DNA from: Candidatus Saccharimonadota bacterium | GTDB taxonomy: Bacteria; Patescibacteriota; Saccharimonadia; Saccharimonadales; Saccharimonadaceae | Length of the DNA stretch: 32,000 nucleotides | NCBI RefSeq assembly: GCF_025273655.1 | Contig: NZ_CP045921.1 | Location: 1,049,309 to 1,081,308, forward strand | Direction: 5' to 3' | In this document: positions 9,632 through 18,212 of the stretch, piece after piece | Position numbering within the stretch: the first letter of the stretch is position 1 | Layout: every line of letters begins with the position of its first letter | Made by a program: the position numbers and the translations under genes | The notes under the pieces: model-generated | Told to the model about the DNA's origin: nothing | Database searches by the model: none | What the model saw: the letters and a program-made list of their open reading frames with translations, nothing else

Positions 9632-9658
9632 AAAGTAGCCTCTCCGCGAGGCTACTTT
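9632..9658. terminator. Bidirectional hairpin terminator between convergent genes
   Basis: A perfect 11-bp stem AAAGTAGCCTC (9632-9642) / GAGGCTACTTT (9648-9658) encloses a 5-nt loop. Short T tracts sit at both 3' ends. Confidence 0.65.
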
Positions 9659-9665
9659 ATGATTC

Positions 9666-11171
9666 CTATGTAAAGAAACCGTAATACCGATCTATCAAGA
9701 GGATACACATACTCAGATGTACAATGGTCATAGGTAGAATGAGATAGCGCAGGCGAAGCGTATGGCGATACACACCTACGACACCCGGAGCCAGTAGTAG
9801 CAAACAAGGAATAAAATACCGCCCCTGTATCCCCGCCACACTTTCGGCCCCCACTGGTGTCCACACCAGCAAGAGGCTCACAAATATGCCTAGGCTGCAC
9901 ACCGCCACTAAGACGCCAGCAATAATCAATGCCAGAGTTCGCTGCTGCACTAAGAGTGACGCGTTAGCCTGCGACACATATCCTACAAAGAGTAGAAGCA
10001 CTACAACGTACATGCCTATAGCCCACATGGGAAGATTGACATTGAGCCGACCAAACGACCCGAACATCGACTGGAATGTCTCATCTGAGGCTTGCCCAAC
10101 TGCCGTACTTGCGACCGTCGACACGGCATAGAGTGGATCGCTCGTCACTTTACGAAGCTGCTCCTCGGGATTTACGGCAAACCCATTCGCACGCTGTATC
10201 AGACTTGTATCGGCATCTGTGGATTGATTGACGTATGTCCAGCCTATATACGCAACTACGACAGAGAGAAATACTAGTAACACAGGTAGTATTCGGCTCG
10301 CATACAGCTGGCTAGTGCGCCACCTGAACTGTTTGGTCCGCCGAACAAGCAACAGTGCAACAAAAGGCACAAACACAATATATGCCTGTTTGGAGAGTGC
10401 GAGTACACACGCGACGATGCCCAATATGACCCACCATCTGGTCTGGATTTGTGGGGGTGTGCGTGTCCAGAGATACATGGTGATTGCTATCAGGAGAGTT
10501 GTGTAGACAAACACCGAGACGTCAGCAGAAAGCGACCCAGCAAGAAACACTACCATAGGAGAAACGAGCACAGCCGCTATCAGCCACTTGCCTACAGGTA
10601 TGAGTCGTATTGCCGCGTAGCATAGCCCCACAAAAAAGAGTAAGTTACAAATACGCGCCGCGTAGAACATCACTCCTATGCGCGACGTAAACAGACGCGC
10701 CACCGCTATACCCGTAGCCTGCGGCACATATGCGACAGGTGAGTACGCTGCCAGATTCACAAACATGCGATCCGTACGCTCAGGTGTCACGCGTATCGCC
10801 ATAGCGCGCCGCGCAGTGTCAGGGGTATACTTCGCCGTATATAGATTAGGGAGGTTGTCGCGACTCACCATCTCTTCGAACTGACCGATTGCAGTCGGCA
10901 AGTGTGCACCCGATCCGGTGGATAGATTGTCTTGCCGGAAATTTAGTTCGCTTAGTGCATACGCGCGCGAAAAGTGCCCTATCTCGTCTGGCACCTGAAG
11001 CGGCGGTACGAGTGCAAGCACTACAAAACCAAGTATTGCCGCAATCAACACAAAGAAATAATCTGGACGTCTCAGTACACCTACCACTTTCCGAAAAATC
11101 ACCTGAGCCGTCGCCACAACAGCGTCCCTATCAGTATGCCACACGCACACGCACACAATATCCAACTCCAT
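9666..11171 (-). CDS. Polytopic membrane protein, DUF2142-like GT-C candidate
   Basis: About 12 hydrophobic helices. The first loop VPDEIGHFSRAYALS matches my recollection of the DUF2142 PDExxH motif. ATG 11171 overlaps the upstream gene by 73 nt. The alternative GTG 11102 forms a GTGA overlap with that gene's stop. Confidence 0.6.
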   Translation of the reverse strand: MELDIVCVCVWHTDRDAVVATAQVIFRKVVGVLRRPDYFFVLIAAILGFVVLALVPPLQVPDEIGHFSRAYALSELNFRQDNLSTGSGAHLPTAIGQFEEMVSRDNLPNLYTAKYTPDTARRAMAIRVTPERTDRMFVNLAAYSPVAYVPQATGIAVARLFTSRIGVMFYAARICNLLFFVGLCYAAIRLIPVGKWLIAAVLVSPMVVFLAGSLSADVSVFVYTTLLIAITMYLWTRTPPQIQTRWWVILGIVACVLALSKQAYIVFVPFVALLLVRRTKQFRWRTSQLYASRILPVLLVFLSVVVAYIGWTYVNQSTDADTSLIQRANGFAVNPEEQLRKVTSDPLYAVSTVASTAVGQASDETFQSMFGSFGRLNVNLPMWAIGMYVVVLLLFVGYVSQANASLLVQQRTLALIIAGVLVAVCSLGIFVSLLLVWTPVGAESVAGIQGRYFIPCLLLLAPGVVGVYRHTLRLRYLILPMTIVHLSMCILLIDRYYGFFT

Positions 11172-13345
11172 ACTATATTAGGAGGGGCATAGTAGAAGGT
11201 AATCTTCGACTCACCCTTCGGCAGAGATATCTTCTGGAATATATCCGACTCTTGCTGAATATCAACCTGGTGCCCGTCGACAGTAGCCTGCCACCCCGGA
11301 TAAAACAGCTCTCGACGCACCAATGTACCCGCTTCGTGGCAGTATGCCGTCATCTGATCTCGCGTCTGCGCCTGGATCGTGCAGAGGTCAGACTCGGCAT
11401 ATGGCGCCGGGTGCGGCAATTCATAAACCCAGACCGTGTTGCGATCATATACACGCACCAAGCCAGCCGAGGCCGCCTGCGCCTCCGTGATACCATTTTC
11501 TCCGAATACAGCGTACTTTACCCCGATCTTGCGATATTCGTCGATATTGGCCAAAAACTCCTGAATAGGTGGATGTTTCGCGAGATCCGTGGAGTATACG
11601 CCGGTGAAATTGACCGGATCACCCGCCTCCGGCGCAAGCTTGTTGGTGATATGATCTGCCCACAGTGTCGGCACAGGTAGATCGTTATTATTGACCTGAG
11701 CGATACCAAAATAAGAACCGTAGTTTGCCTGGATCGGCCCAAACGAGATGAAACGCTGCTGATCCAAGTTGGTACGCAAGAATTGTACCGCTCCATCTTC
11801 AACTTGCGCTGGTCGCTTAGTCGCGGCAAGCTGTGGGATTGCGAATAGCACTACAGCCTCCGCGATCACTACTACAGTAACAAGCGCCAGCGCTATACGT
11901 CTATGTCGACGTGGCGCATACACGAGATACGAAATTGCGCCTACTACGACACCCGCAATCCCAACAGATAATATCAGCCAACGCTTATAATTTGTCGTGT
12001 CGGTATTGCCCGGGATCTGGCTCCACACGATCAGCGCGATGACAATCACAAACGTAGCCGTACCCGCACCAAACGTATAGCGCATCTTGCGCGATACCCC
12101 CCTATGAGCCACATGATCAAGCGCCATCGCCGCAAGAATCACTACCGCACACACCACTGTAGGTGTGAGGTACCGATATACAGCCGTCTCCTTCATAGCG
12201 GGCAATACACTCAGGATGTCCGTAATAAGTGGTGCGGCAAAAATTCTAGCCGTCACTACCACTGCCCATACTACCAAGAACACTCGCACTGCGCGTGGGT
12301 ACTTCGTGGCGAACATCCCAAGTAGTGCCAGTAGCAATGCAGCAAACGTGACGTAGCCGCCAATGCTAAACCAAGTGCCTAGCAGTTCGATTGACCCCGC
12401 GTCCGACATCGCCCCGTATACATACGGCACAAACATCATCGGAAGCCCCGCCCAGCTCAGGCCTGCGTGCTTCAGCGCCTCACCGTCGTGCACTCCGAGA
12501 TGCGAAACTGAGAGAGTCTGCACAAACGGCACAATAGCTGGAGCCGCTAGCAGCAGCCCCACACATCCAGACAACCCAAGGTTCATGTAATATCGCCATC
12601 TCGAACCCTCTAACCCTACAGTACGCACAAGTGCCCAGCCGAGTACAAAAAGACCGTTGAGATAGGCTGTCTCTGGAAAGCCCGCGTAGAGCGATAGTGC
12701 GAGACTAAGCGAAAAAATGACACCTATACATAGCGGATGTCGTGTCCGTGCTGTACCATTTCGTAGATACTCAATACCCAGCAACATCCACGGCAAAAAC
12801 GCCACGGGATTACAGACGGCATTGGCGAGCCATGCAAATGTGCCGCACAAGCCAAAGAGTACGCCGCCCACCGTAGAAGCGCGACGATCCAGTTCCAATT
12901 TGCGCAAGAAAAGATACATTCCGACGCCAGCTATAAGCTCCAGTGCCAGCTGAAACAGCAAAAAACCACCCTGCACCGTAAGTAGTAGCGTCAACGGGAA
13001 CAGTGCCGCCGACTGTGCGTTTGCAAGTAATGGAAATCCAATCCCCTCGTCATGATTCCAGTAAGGCATATCGCCCGCTTGCACCTGACGAGCTGCTGCT
13101 GTTCCGAGCGCCTGTTTGGTGTAACCGTCGTTCGGGTCTATCGTGTTGTCACCGTCAATATAGCGTGTGTAGTCGGTCTGACCCATAAGCGGCAAACCAG
13201 AGCGCTTCAAGACCGGATTTGGGTTCGTCAGAAAAATCGAAATGCTGTTTGCCAGCACAATACAGATCACAATCACAAGCAACGCGTAGATATCACGCTT
13301 ATATCGCTTCCACATCGAACCGCATCGTTTTTTCAGATTTGTCAC
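11099..13345 (-). CDS. YfhO-like large polytopic membrane glycosyltransferase (GT-C)
   Basis: 748 aa with many TM helices plus a C-terminal soluble domain and a final TM. The N-terminal loop MPYWNHDEGIGFPLLANAQSAALFPLTLLL resembles the YfhO family signature. The start is GTG 13345; ATG 13315 is an alternative. Confidence 0.65.
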   Translation of the reverse strand: MTNLKKRCGSMWKRYKRDIYALLVIVICIVLANSISIFLTNPNPVLKRSGLPLMGQTDYTRYIDGDNTIDPNDGYTKQALGTAAARQVQAGDMPYWNHDEGIGFPLLANAQSAALFPLTLLLTVQGGFLLFQLALELIAGVGMYLFLRKLELDRRASTVGGVLFGLCGTFAWLANAVCNPVAFLPWMLLGIEYLRNGTARTRHPLCIGVIFSLSLALSLYAGFPETAYLNGLFVLGWALVRTVGLEGSRWRYYMNLGLSGCVGLLLAAPAIVPFVQTLSVSHLGVHDGEALKHAGLSWAGLPMMFVPYVYGAMSDAGSIELLGTWFSIGGYVTFAALLLALLGMFATKYPRAVRVFLVVWAVVVTARIFAAPLITDILSVLPAMKETAVYRYLTPTVVCAVVILAAMALDHVAHRGVSRKMRYTFGAGTATFVIVIALIVWSQIPGNTDTTNYKRWLILSVGIAGVVVGAISYLVYAPRRHRRIALALVTVVVIAEAVVLFAIPQLAATKRPAQVEDGAVQFLRTNLDQQRFISFGPIQANYGSYFGIAQVNNNDLPVPTLWADHITNKLAPEAGDPVNFTGVYSTDLAKHPPIQEFLANIDEYRKIGVKYAVFGENGITEAQAASAGLVRVYDRNTVWVYELPHPAPYAESDLCTIQAQTRDQMTAYCHEAGTLVRRELFYPGWQATVDGHQVDIQQESDIFQKISLPKGESKITFYYAPPNIVWSWILCACACGILIGTLLWRRLR

Positions 13346-13424
13346 TTACTCACAATTATACACGAGCAGATTGACTTAAAAATCATATAAAATACAACTT
13401 CGTTGTACTTTTGCAAACTATCTG

Positions 13425-13453
13425 TTGTAAAACATAAGCCTTTCAGATACAAT
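13425..13453 (+). promoter_or_regulatory. Sigma70-like promoter for the 13474/14061 gene pair
   Basis: TTGTAA (13425-13430), a 17-nt spacer, then TACAAT (13448-13453). These are followed by SD AGGAG (13464-13468) and ATG 13474. Confidence 0.4.
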
Positions 13454-13473
13454 AGAAGGCAAAAGGAGCATAT

Positions 13474-14052
13474 ATGCAGCTACAAAAACAAAAAAGTCGC
13501 AAAAAACCGCTCATCATCACATCGCTTATCATACTTTGCGTCGCCGTAGCAGTGGGCGCATGGTATGTAATACATACGCGTAGTCAGCAGTCCGAATCTT
13601 ACACCACCAAACCAGCCACACAAGAGGAAAAGGACGCGGGAACTCAGACAAAACAGGATTCGATCAACAACTCGAGCCAACAGGGTGCGTCTGACTCTGA
13701 TACTAGCACCAACAGCGACAAGCAATCTGGTGCCTCGACCGACACCGGTACATCTACCACTACTCCTGCTGCTGCCGTCACTATCTCTGCAAGCGCCCAA
13801 AACGGCAACACCTACCAACTTCGCTTCCTCATCAACTCTGTCGTCACTGGCGGCACCTGCCAACTGACGCTCACAAAAGGTAGTGCAACCGTCACCAAAC
13901 AAGCGGCTATTCAGTCGCTCGCTCAGTCCTCAACTTGCCAGGGCTTCGACATCCCTACGAGCGAGCTCAGCACGGGTACCTGGAACGTCTCAATGCAGCT
14001 CAGTGGCAGTAGCCATACTGGTGGCGTAACTGGCACCATAGAGGTAAGGTAG
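13474..14052 (+). CDS. Membrane-anchored extracytoplasmic protein with a Ser/Thr-rich linker; function unknown
   Basis: A basic N-terminus precedes one TM helix (LIITSLIILCVAVAVGAWYVI). An ~80-aa S/T/Q/D-rich low-complexity linker follows, then a ~90-aa beta-rich domain with two Cys. Good SD. The gene ends 8 nt before the next gene. Confidence 0.6.
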   Translation: MQLQKQKSRKKPLIITSLIILCVAVAVGAWYVIHTRSQQSESYTTKPATQEEKDAGTQTKQDSINNSSQQGASDSDTSTNSDKQSGASTDTGTSTTTPAAAVTISASAQNGNTYQLRFLINSVVTGGTCQLTLTKGSATVTKQAAIQSLAQSSTCQGFDIPTSELSTGTWNVSMQLSGSSHTGGVTGTIEVR

Positions 14053-14060
14053 TAATAGGT

Positions 14061-15989
14061 ATGTATTCACTACTCCATGGCATTGGCCTCACATGCGCAG
14101 GATTGGCGATCACCCTCACCATATCACTTGTCGGCAATACTACACATGCTGCCGGATTCGACGCTGGCCGTATCATCGACGACAGTGTATTCACCGACAA
14201 AAACACCATGAGCCCCGCCTATATTCAGGCGTTTCTGAATAGCAAAGTACCGAGCTGTGACACCTGGGGCACCCAGACATCGGAGTACGGTGGTGGCACT
14301 CGTCGCCAGTGGGCCGAAGCTCGTGGCTACATGGCACCTTACACCTGCTTGCGCGACTATACCGAAAACGGCCGCTCTGCCGCGCAGATTATCTACGACA
14401 CTGCTCAGGCCTACTCTATCAACCCGCAAGTTTTGATCGTCCTCCTCCAAAAAGAGCAGGGGCTTGTCACCGACACCTGGCCTGTTTCGGTCCAGTACCG
14501 CTCAGCCACCGGCTACGGCTGCCCCGACACCGCTCCATGCGACTCACAGTATTATGGCCTCACTAATCAACTAAGCTGGGCTGCCAAAATGTTCCGGGCC
14601 ATCATGGATGCATCACCTAGCTGGTATACACCCTATATAGTCGGTACCAACTACATCCGCTACAATCCAGACGCCAGCTGTGGCGGCTCCAATGTTGCGA
14701 TCCAAAACCGCGCCACTCAGGCACTCTACAACTACACCCCCTACCAACCGAACGCTGCAGCACTCGCGGCCGCCATGGGCACAACTGTTCCATGTGGTGC
14801 CTACGGCAATATCAACTTCTACCGCTACTTCACCTCATGGTTTGGTAACACATCCGGTGCACCCTATAGCTGGCGTGTCGAATCGACCACACTCTACTAT
14901 GACGCCGCACGCACACAGATTGTCTCCAACACCAACGGCATCTACAATATCAAACCCGGCCAAAAAGTCTATGCGCGCGTCGTTACCACTAACACAGGCT
15001 GGCTCACCTGGCCCAAAGCTACAACACGACTCGGTACACAACGGGGTCAGGATCGAAGCTCAGCGTTCGCCGACAGCAGCTGGCAGCAACCAAATCGTAC
15101 AGGCGGCTACACTGAGAGTGGCGATGTCGCTCCCGGCAATCAAGCCACCTTCAACTACAGCCTCACAGCTCCACAATCGCCAGATATCTACGAAGAATGG
15201 TTTGGTGTCGTAGTGGAAGGTGCCGGCTGGGTGTCGAACCCGACATTCCTACACAATATCTCTGTGGCAGCGGCACTCGACACTAAGTATAAATCCACCA
15301 ACGACAAACTCAGTAGCGGCGCTACCCTTACCCCGGGCCAAAACATCATCTCGAGCGACGGCCACTCGGTACTTCACCTGTCGTTTGGCGGAAGCTTAGA
15401 AATCTGGACCAACTATACTAAGCGTTGGACTAGTAACACCGACAATAGCGGCGCCAATCGCCTTGTCAATCAAACCGATGGCAATCTAGTACTGTACCGC
15501 GACAACACGCCGCTCTGGGCATCTAATACATTCTCGCCTGGCACAAGCGGCCAGCTCACCCTGCAAAGCGACGGCAACTTGGTGATGTATAAAAACGGCA
15601 GTGCAGCCTGGGCATCCAACTCTGTAACATTTGATCAAACCGACCTCGCGAACAGTCTTGTGCTTGGTGACCAAACTATTTTCCCAGGTCAGTCACTTTT
15701 CACGCCAGATCGTTATTACCGCCTCACCTTACAGACAGACGGCAATATCGTCCTCTATACGCCGACGCGTGCTATCTGGGCTAGCAACACCTATGGCAGA
15801 AAGTTTGACCGTATGATCATCCAAAACGACGGCAATATCGTTACCTACGATGGCAATAATTATGCTACCTGGTCGACACGAACCAATTCTACCGGTGGCA
15901 CCATCTTCCGTATACAGGGTGATGGCAACTCGGTACTTTACGCAGGCAATAGGCCGCTCTGGGCAAGCAATACGTTCCTAGTGCGCTAA
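14061..15989 (+). CDS. Secreted protein: unassigned Cys-rich N-terminal domain, Ig-like middle region and two tandem bulb-type (B_lectin/MMBL) lectin domains
   Basis: The signal peptide is MYSLLHGIGLTCAGLAITLTISLVGNTTHA/AG. The C-terminal residues ~414-642 carry five intact QxDxNxVxY motifs: QTDGNLVLY, QSDGNLVMY, QTDGNIVLY, QNDGNIVTY and QGDGNSVLY. Confidence 0.85.
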   Translation: MYSLLHGIGLTCAGLAITLTISLVGNTTHAAGFDAGRIIDDSVFTDKNTMSPAYIQAFLNSKVPSCDTWGTQTSEYGGGTRRQWAEARGYMAPYTCLRDYTENGRSAAQIIYDTAQAYSINPQVLIVLLQKEQGLVTDTWPVSVQYRSATGYGCPDTAPCDSQYYGLTNQLSWAAKMFRAIMDASPSWYTPYIVGTNYIRYNPDASCGGSNVAIQNRATQALYNYTPYQPNAAALAAAMGTTVPCGAYGNINFYRYFTSWFGNTSGAPYSWRVESTTLYYDAARTQIVSNTNGIYNIKPGQKVYARVVTTNTGWLTWPKATTRLGTQRGQDRSSAFADSSWQQPNRTGGYTESGDVAPGNQATFNYSLTAPQSPDIYEEWFGVVVEGAGWVSNPTFLHNISVAAALDTKYKSTNDKLSSGATLTPGQNIISSDGHSVLHLSFGGSLEIWTNYTKRWTSNTDNSGANRLVNQTDGNLVLYRDNTPLWASNTFSPGTSGQLTLQSDGNLVMYKNGSAAWASNSVTFDQTDLANSLVLGDQTIFPGQSLFTPDRYYRLTLQTDGNIVLYTPTRAIWASNTYGRKFDRMIIQNDGNIVTYDGNNYATWSTRTNSTGGTIFRIQGDGNSVLYAGNRPLWASNTFLVR

Positions 15990-16005
15990 ACCTCGAAGAA
16001 ACTTT

Positions 16006-16944
16006 CTACTTCGTTTCGCGATGTGGTTTCTTCACAAGGGCGAGTGGGCGAGCGATAGTTTCACCGATTCGATATTTCTTTGAGCGATAAATTTTGTGAA
16101 TATCCTTGTCTAAGCGAGAGATTTCATGCCTCATTTGCCGCGCGTCTTGATCCTGTTTCTTTACCATAGCTTCGCTAGTGGCAAGTTTCTGTTTGAGTTC
16201 ATCTATCTGGCCATCGCGCTGCATACCGCAGCCGATAGGGAGATCTAGATGATTCACGACGTCTGGGTATTTCTGTTGCCATTTCTCTAGGATGGCGCAG
16301 AAATCGTACATATTCTCCCAGAGTGTCTTAGTGGTTGCTCGCGTACCAGTACGGACCCGGTAGTTGATATATGAATCCGCCGCCAACACAAACTTCTTGC
16401 CAGCTAGCGCAAGCCCTAGGAAATAATCCCAATCTTCGGCAATAGCAACACTTTCAAACTCATGATCCACCGTGGCGCTGCGTCGGATCAATGACTCAGC
16501 CGTACAGTGCAGCTCCTGTTTGATGAGCTTTTGCACGTCAAACTCGGCAAACTCAGTGCGATATTCTTGGTCGCCAAACACATGCCAGTTTGGATACACT
16601 ACATCAGCATGAGTCTTTTCGGCAATAGCAACCATCTGCTCGATATATCCCTTATCGAAGAAGTCGTCTGCATCGAGAAATACTGCATACTCACCTTTTG
16701 CTATTCGTAATCCTTCGTTGCGAGTATAGACAATCCCGTGATTTGCGCGACTAATAACCCGTAGATTACTCTGGTACTTATTGATAACCTGCAACGAGTT
16801 ATCTGTCGATCCGTCATCTATAGCGATGATCTCGATATTGCTATATGTTTGTGCTAGTAGACTCTCTATTGCCTCGCCTACAAACTCCCCATAGTTATAG
16901 CAGGTGATAATTGCAGATACGAGCGGTGTCTTCATGTCTTTCAT
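16006..16944 (-). CDS. Glycosyltransferase family 2 with a C-terminal coiled-coil tail
   Basis: VSAIITCYNYGEFVGEAIESLLAQTY...IIAIDDGSTDNS and FLDADD form the GT-A/DxD signature. The last ~60 aa (DELKQKLATSEAMVKKQDQDARQMRHEISRLDKDIHK) are heptad-like and charged, with no TM. Confidence 0.85.
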   Translation of the reverse strand: MKDMKTPLVSAIITCYNYGEFVGEAIESLLAQTYSNIEIIAIDDGSTDNSLQVINKYQSNLRVISRANHGIVYTRNEGLRIAKGEYAVFLDADDFFDKGYIEQMVAIAEKTHADVVYPNWHVFGDQEYRTEFAEFDVQKLIKQELHCTAESLIRRSATVDHEFESVAIAEDWDYFLGLALAGKKFVLAADSYINYRVRTGTRATTKTLWENMYDFCAILEKWQQKYPDVVNHLDLPIGCGMQRDGQIDELKQKLATSEAMVKKQDQDARQMRHEISRLDKDIHKIYRSKKYRIGETIARPLALVKKPHRETK

Positions 16945-16967
16945 TATACCAGCAGCAGGGCTGTATT

Positions 16968-18164
16968 TTAGTTGAGACTCTGAAGTAGCCAGTCGCCACT
17001 CTGCGTGCGACGCTTATCCAGCTGCGAATTAATGTGTGTCCAGTCGATAGTATCTAGCGAACTTGGGTCAAACGCATCAAGTGCAGTTTCGTCGACAAAC
17101 CGGCTTTCGAGTCCATATTCAGACAGAAAGCTATGCAGACGCGATAAGCCACCGTGAGTGCGACCTACTACGATAAAGTTTGTGTTGTTAATGACAGAGA
17201 ACAGCAGGCCATGGTAGGAATTGGTGACGACGAGATCGCTGTCGCGAAACCCTTTGAGCCATAACTCCATAGGAGGCAGTGTATCATTTTCTGCGCCACC
17301 ATGTGTTCGAATCTCGGTCGCCTTTGCCACACCGTAATATCGCTTCATCCGCGAGATGAACGCTTTTTCTTTTGTGGTCTGGTCGATAATATAAGTAAAG
17401 ACTGGCTGCACTTGTTCGTCCGACGCCGCGCTTTTGTCTATGAGAGTAGAGTAGTCATTTCGTGAAAGCAAAAGTGTCGGATCGACAGTATTCACGACGT
17501 CGTCGCGCCCCCATGTATCGAACACTATATCGACGCCCGTCTCCTCGCGCACCGAAAGGCTATCAAATAGCTGTATGTGGGGTCGTACGTATTCGATGTC
17601 GTCTGGCGTCATAGCATCGCCGATCTGCTCCATACCGAAGCTCGCTGCATATGCTACACGGTTTACCTCGCGACCCTCTAAGAAATCGAGAAAGTAGTAG
17701 CCAAGTGTCTCACTATTATTCCACCAGTTGCGCCATACCTGATCAGAACCAACTACATAGTGTCCAAACGTATCTTTGGGGTCAAACGGCTTGATCCATA
17801 TATTATCGTTTACGAATTCGATGATATGTCCGATACGATGCGATTCTGGGTGTATATCATAGAGTGATGGCACGTACCAGTATGGCCGCTGCGACCTAAG
17901 GAAGCGTTTAATTGCTCGGGCAGGAGTTTTGAGGCGACTCCGCCGAGTGATCCTGTAATGATCGTGTGGCGCCGAATGCGTATCGACATACGATACAAAT
18001 TTATGGCCATGCTGAACGAGGAATTGTTGTAGCGCATAGCGCTGAATAACATTACCGTAATTGAAATACCCCGTGAGAGTCAATATTGCACCGTCAGCAT
18101 GACTATAGTGGCGACGATCGAGGCGCCTGCCTACTCGAGTCAGTAGCTCGCTAATATACCTCAA
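16968..18164 (-). CDS. Polysaccharide pyruvyl transferase family protein
   Basis: LTLTGYFNYGNVIQRYAL (N-terminal glycine/N.G motif) and DLVVTNSYHGLLFSVI resemble the PS_pyruv_trans (CsaB/WcaK-like) signatures. The start is TTG 18164, preceded by GAGAGGGGA. There is no in-frame ATG near the N-terminus. Confidence 0.6.
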   Translation of the reverse strand: MRYISELLTRVGRRLDRRHYSHADGAILTLTGYFNYGNVIQRYALQQFLVQHGHKFVSYVDTHSAPHDHYRITRRSRLKTPARAIKRFLRSQRPYWYVPSLYDIHPESHRIGHIIEFVNDNIWIKPFDPKDTFGHYVVGSDQVWRNWWNNSETLGYYFLDFLEGREVNRVAYAASFGMEQIGDAMTPDDIEYVRPHIQLFDSLSVREETGVDIVFDTWGRDDVVNTVDPTLLLSRNDYSTLIDKSAASDEQVQPVFTYIIDQTTKEKAFISRMKRYYGVAKATEIRTHGGAENDTLPPMELWLKGFRDSDLVVTNSYHGLLFSVINNTNFIVVGRTHGGLSRLHSFLSEYGLESRFVDETALDAFDPSSLDTIDWTHINSQLDKRRTQSGDWLLQSLN

Positions 18165-18212
18165 ACATCCCCTCTCTTTAGTCTTGTGATATCTATCGTA
18201 ACAGAATTACCT

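Noticed and set aside
10889-11680. 263-aa plus-strand ORF spanning the junction of the DUF2142-like and YfhO-like genes
   Set aside because: It is antisense to two well-supported membrane-protein genes. Its translation is Arg/Leu/Ser-rich and low-complexity with no motif, and it has no RBS. This is a typical shadow ORF.
14680-15213. 177-aa plus-strand ORF in another frame within the lectin-protein gene
   Set aside because: It lies fully inside a longer, motif-bearing ORF. Its composition is Pro/Ser/Thr-rich and low-complexity.
15994-16013. Short hairpin CGAAG...CTTCG between the lectin gene and the convergent GT2 gene
   Set aside because: The stem is only 5 bp with a 10-nt loop, and it partly lies within the GT2 coding end. 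It is not convincing as a terminator.
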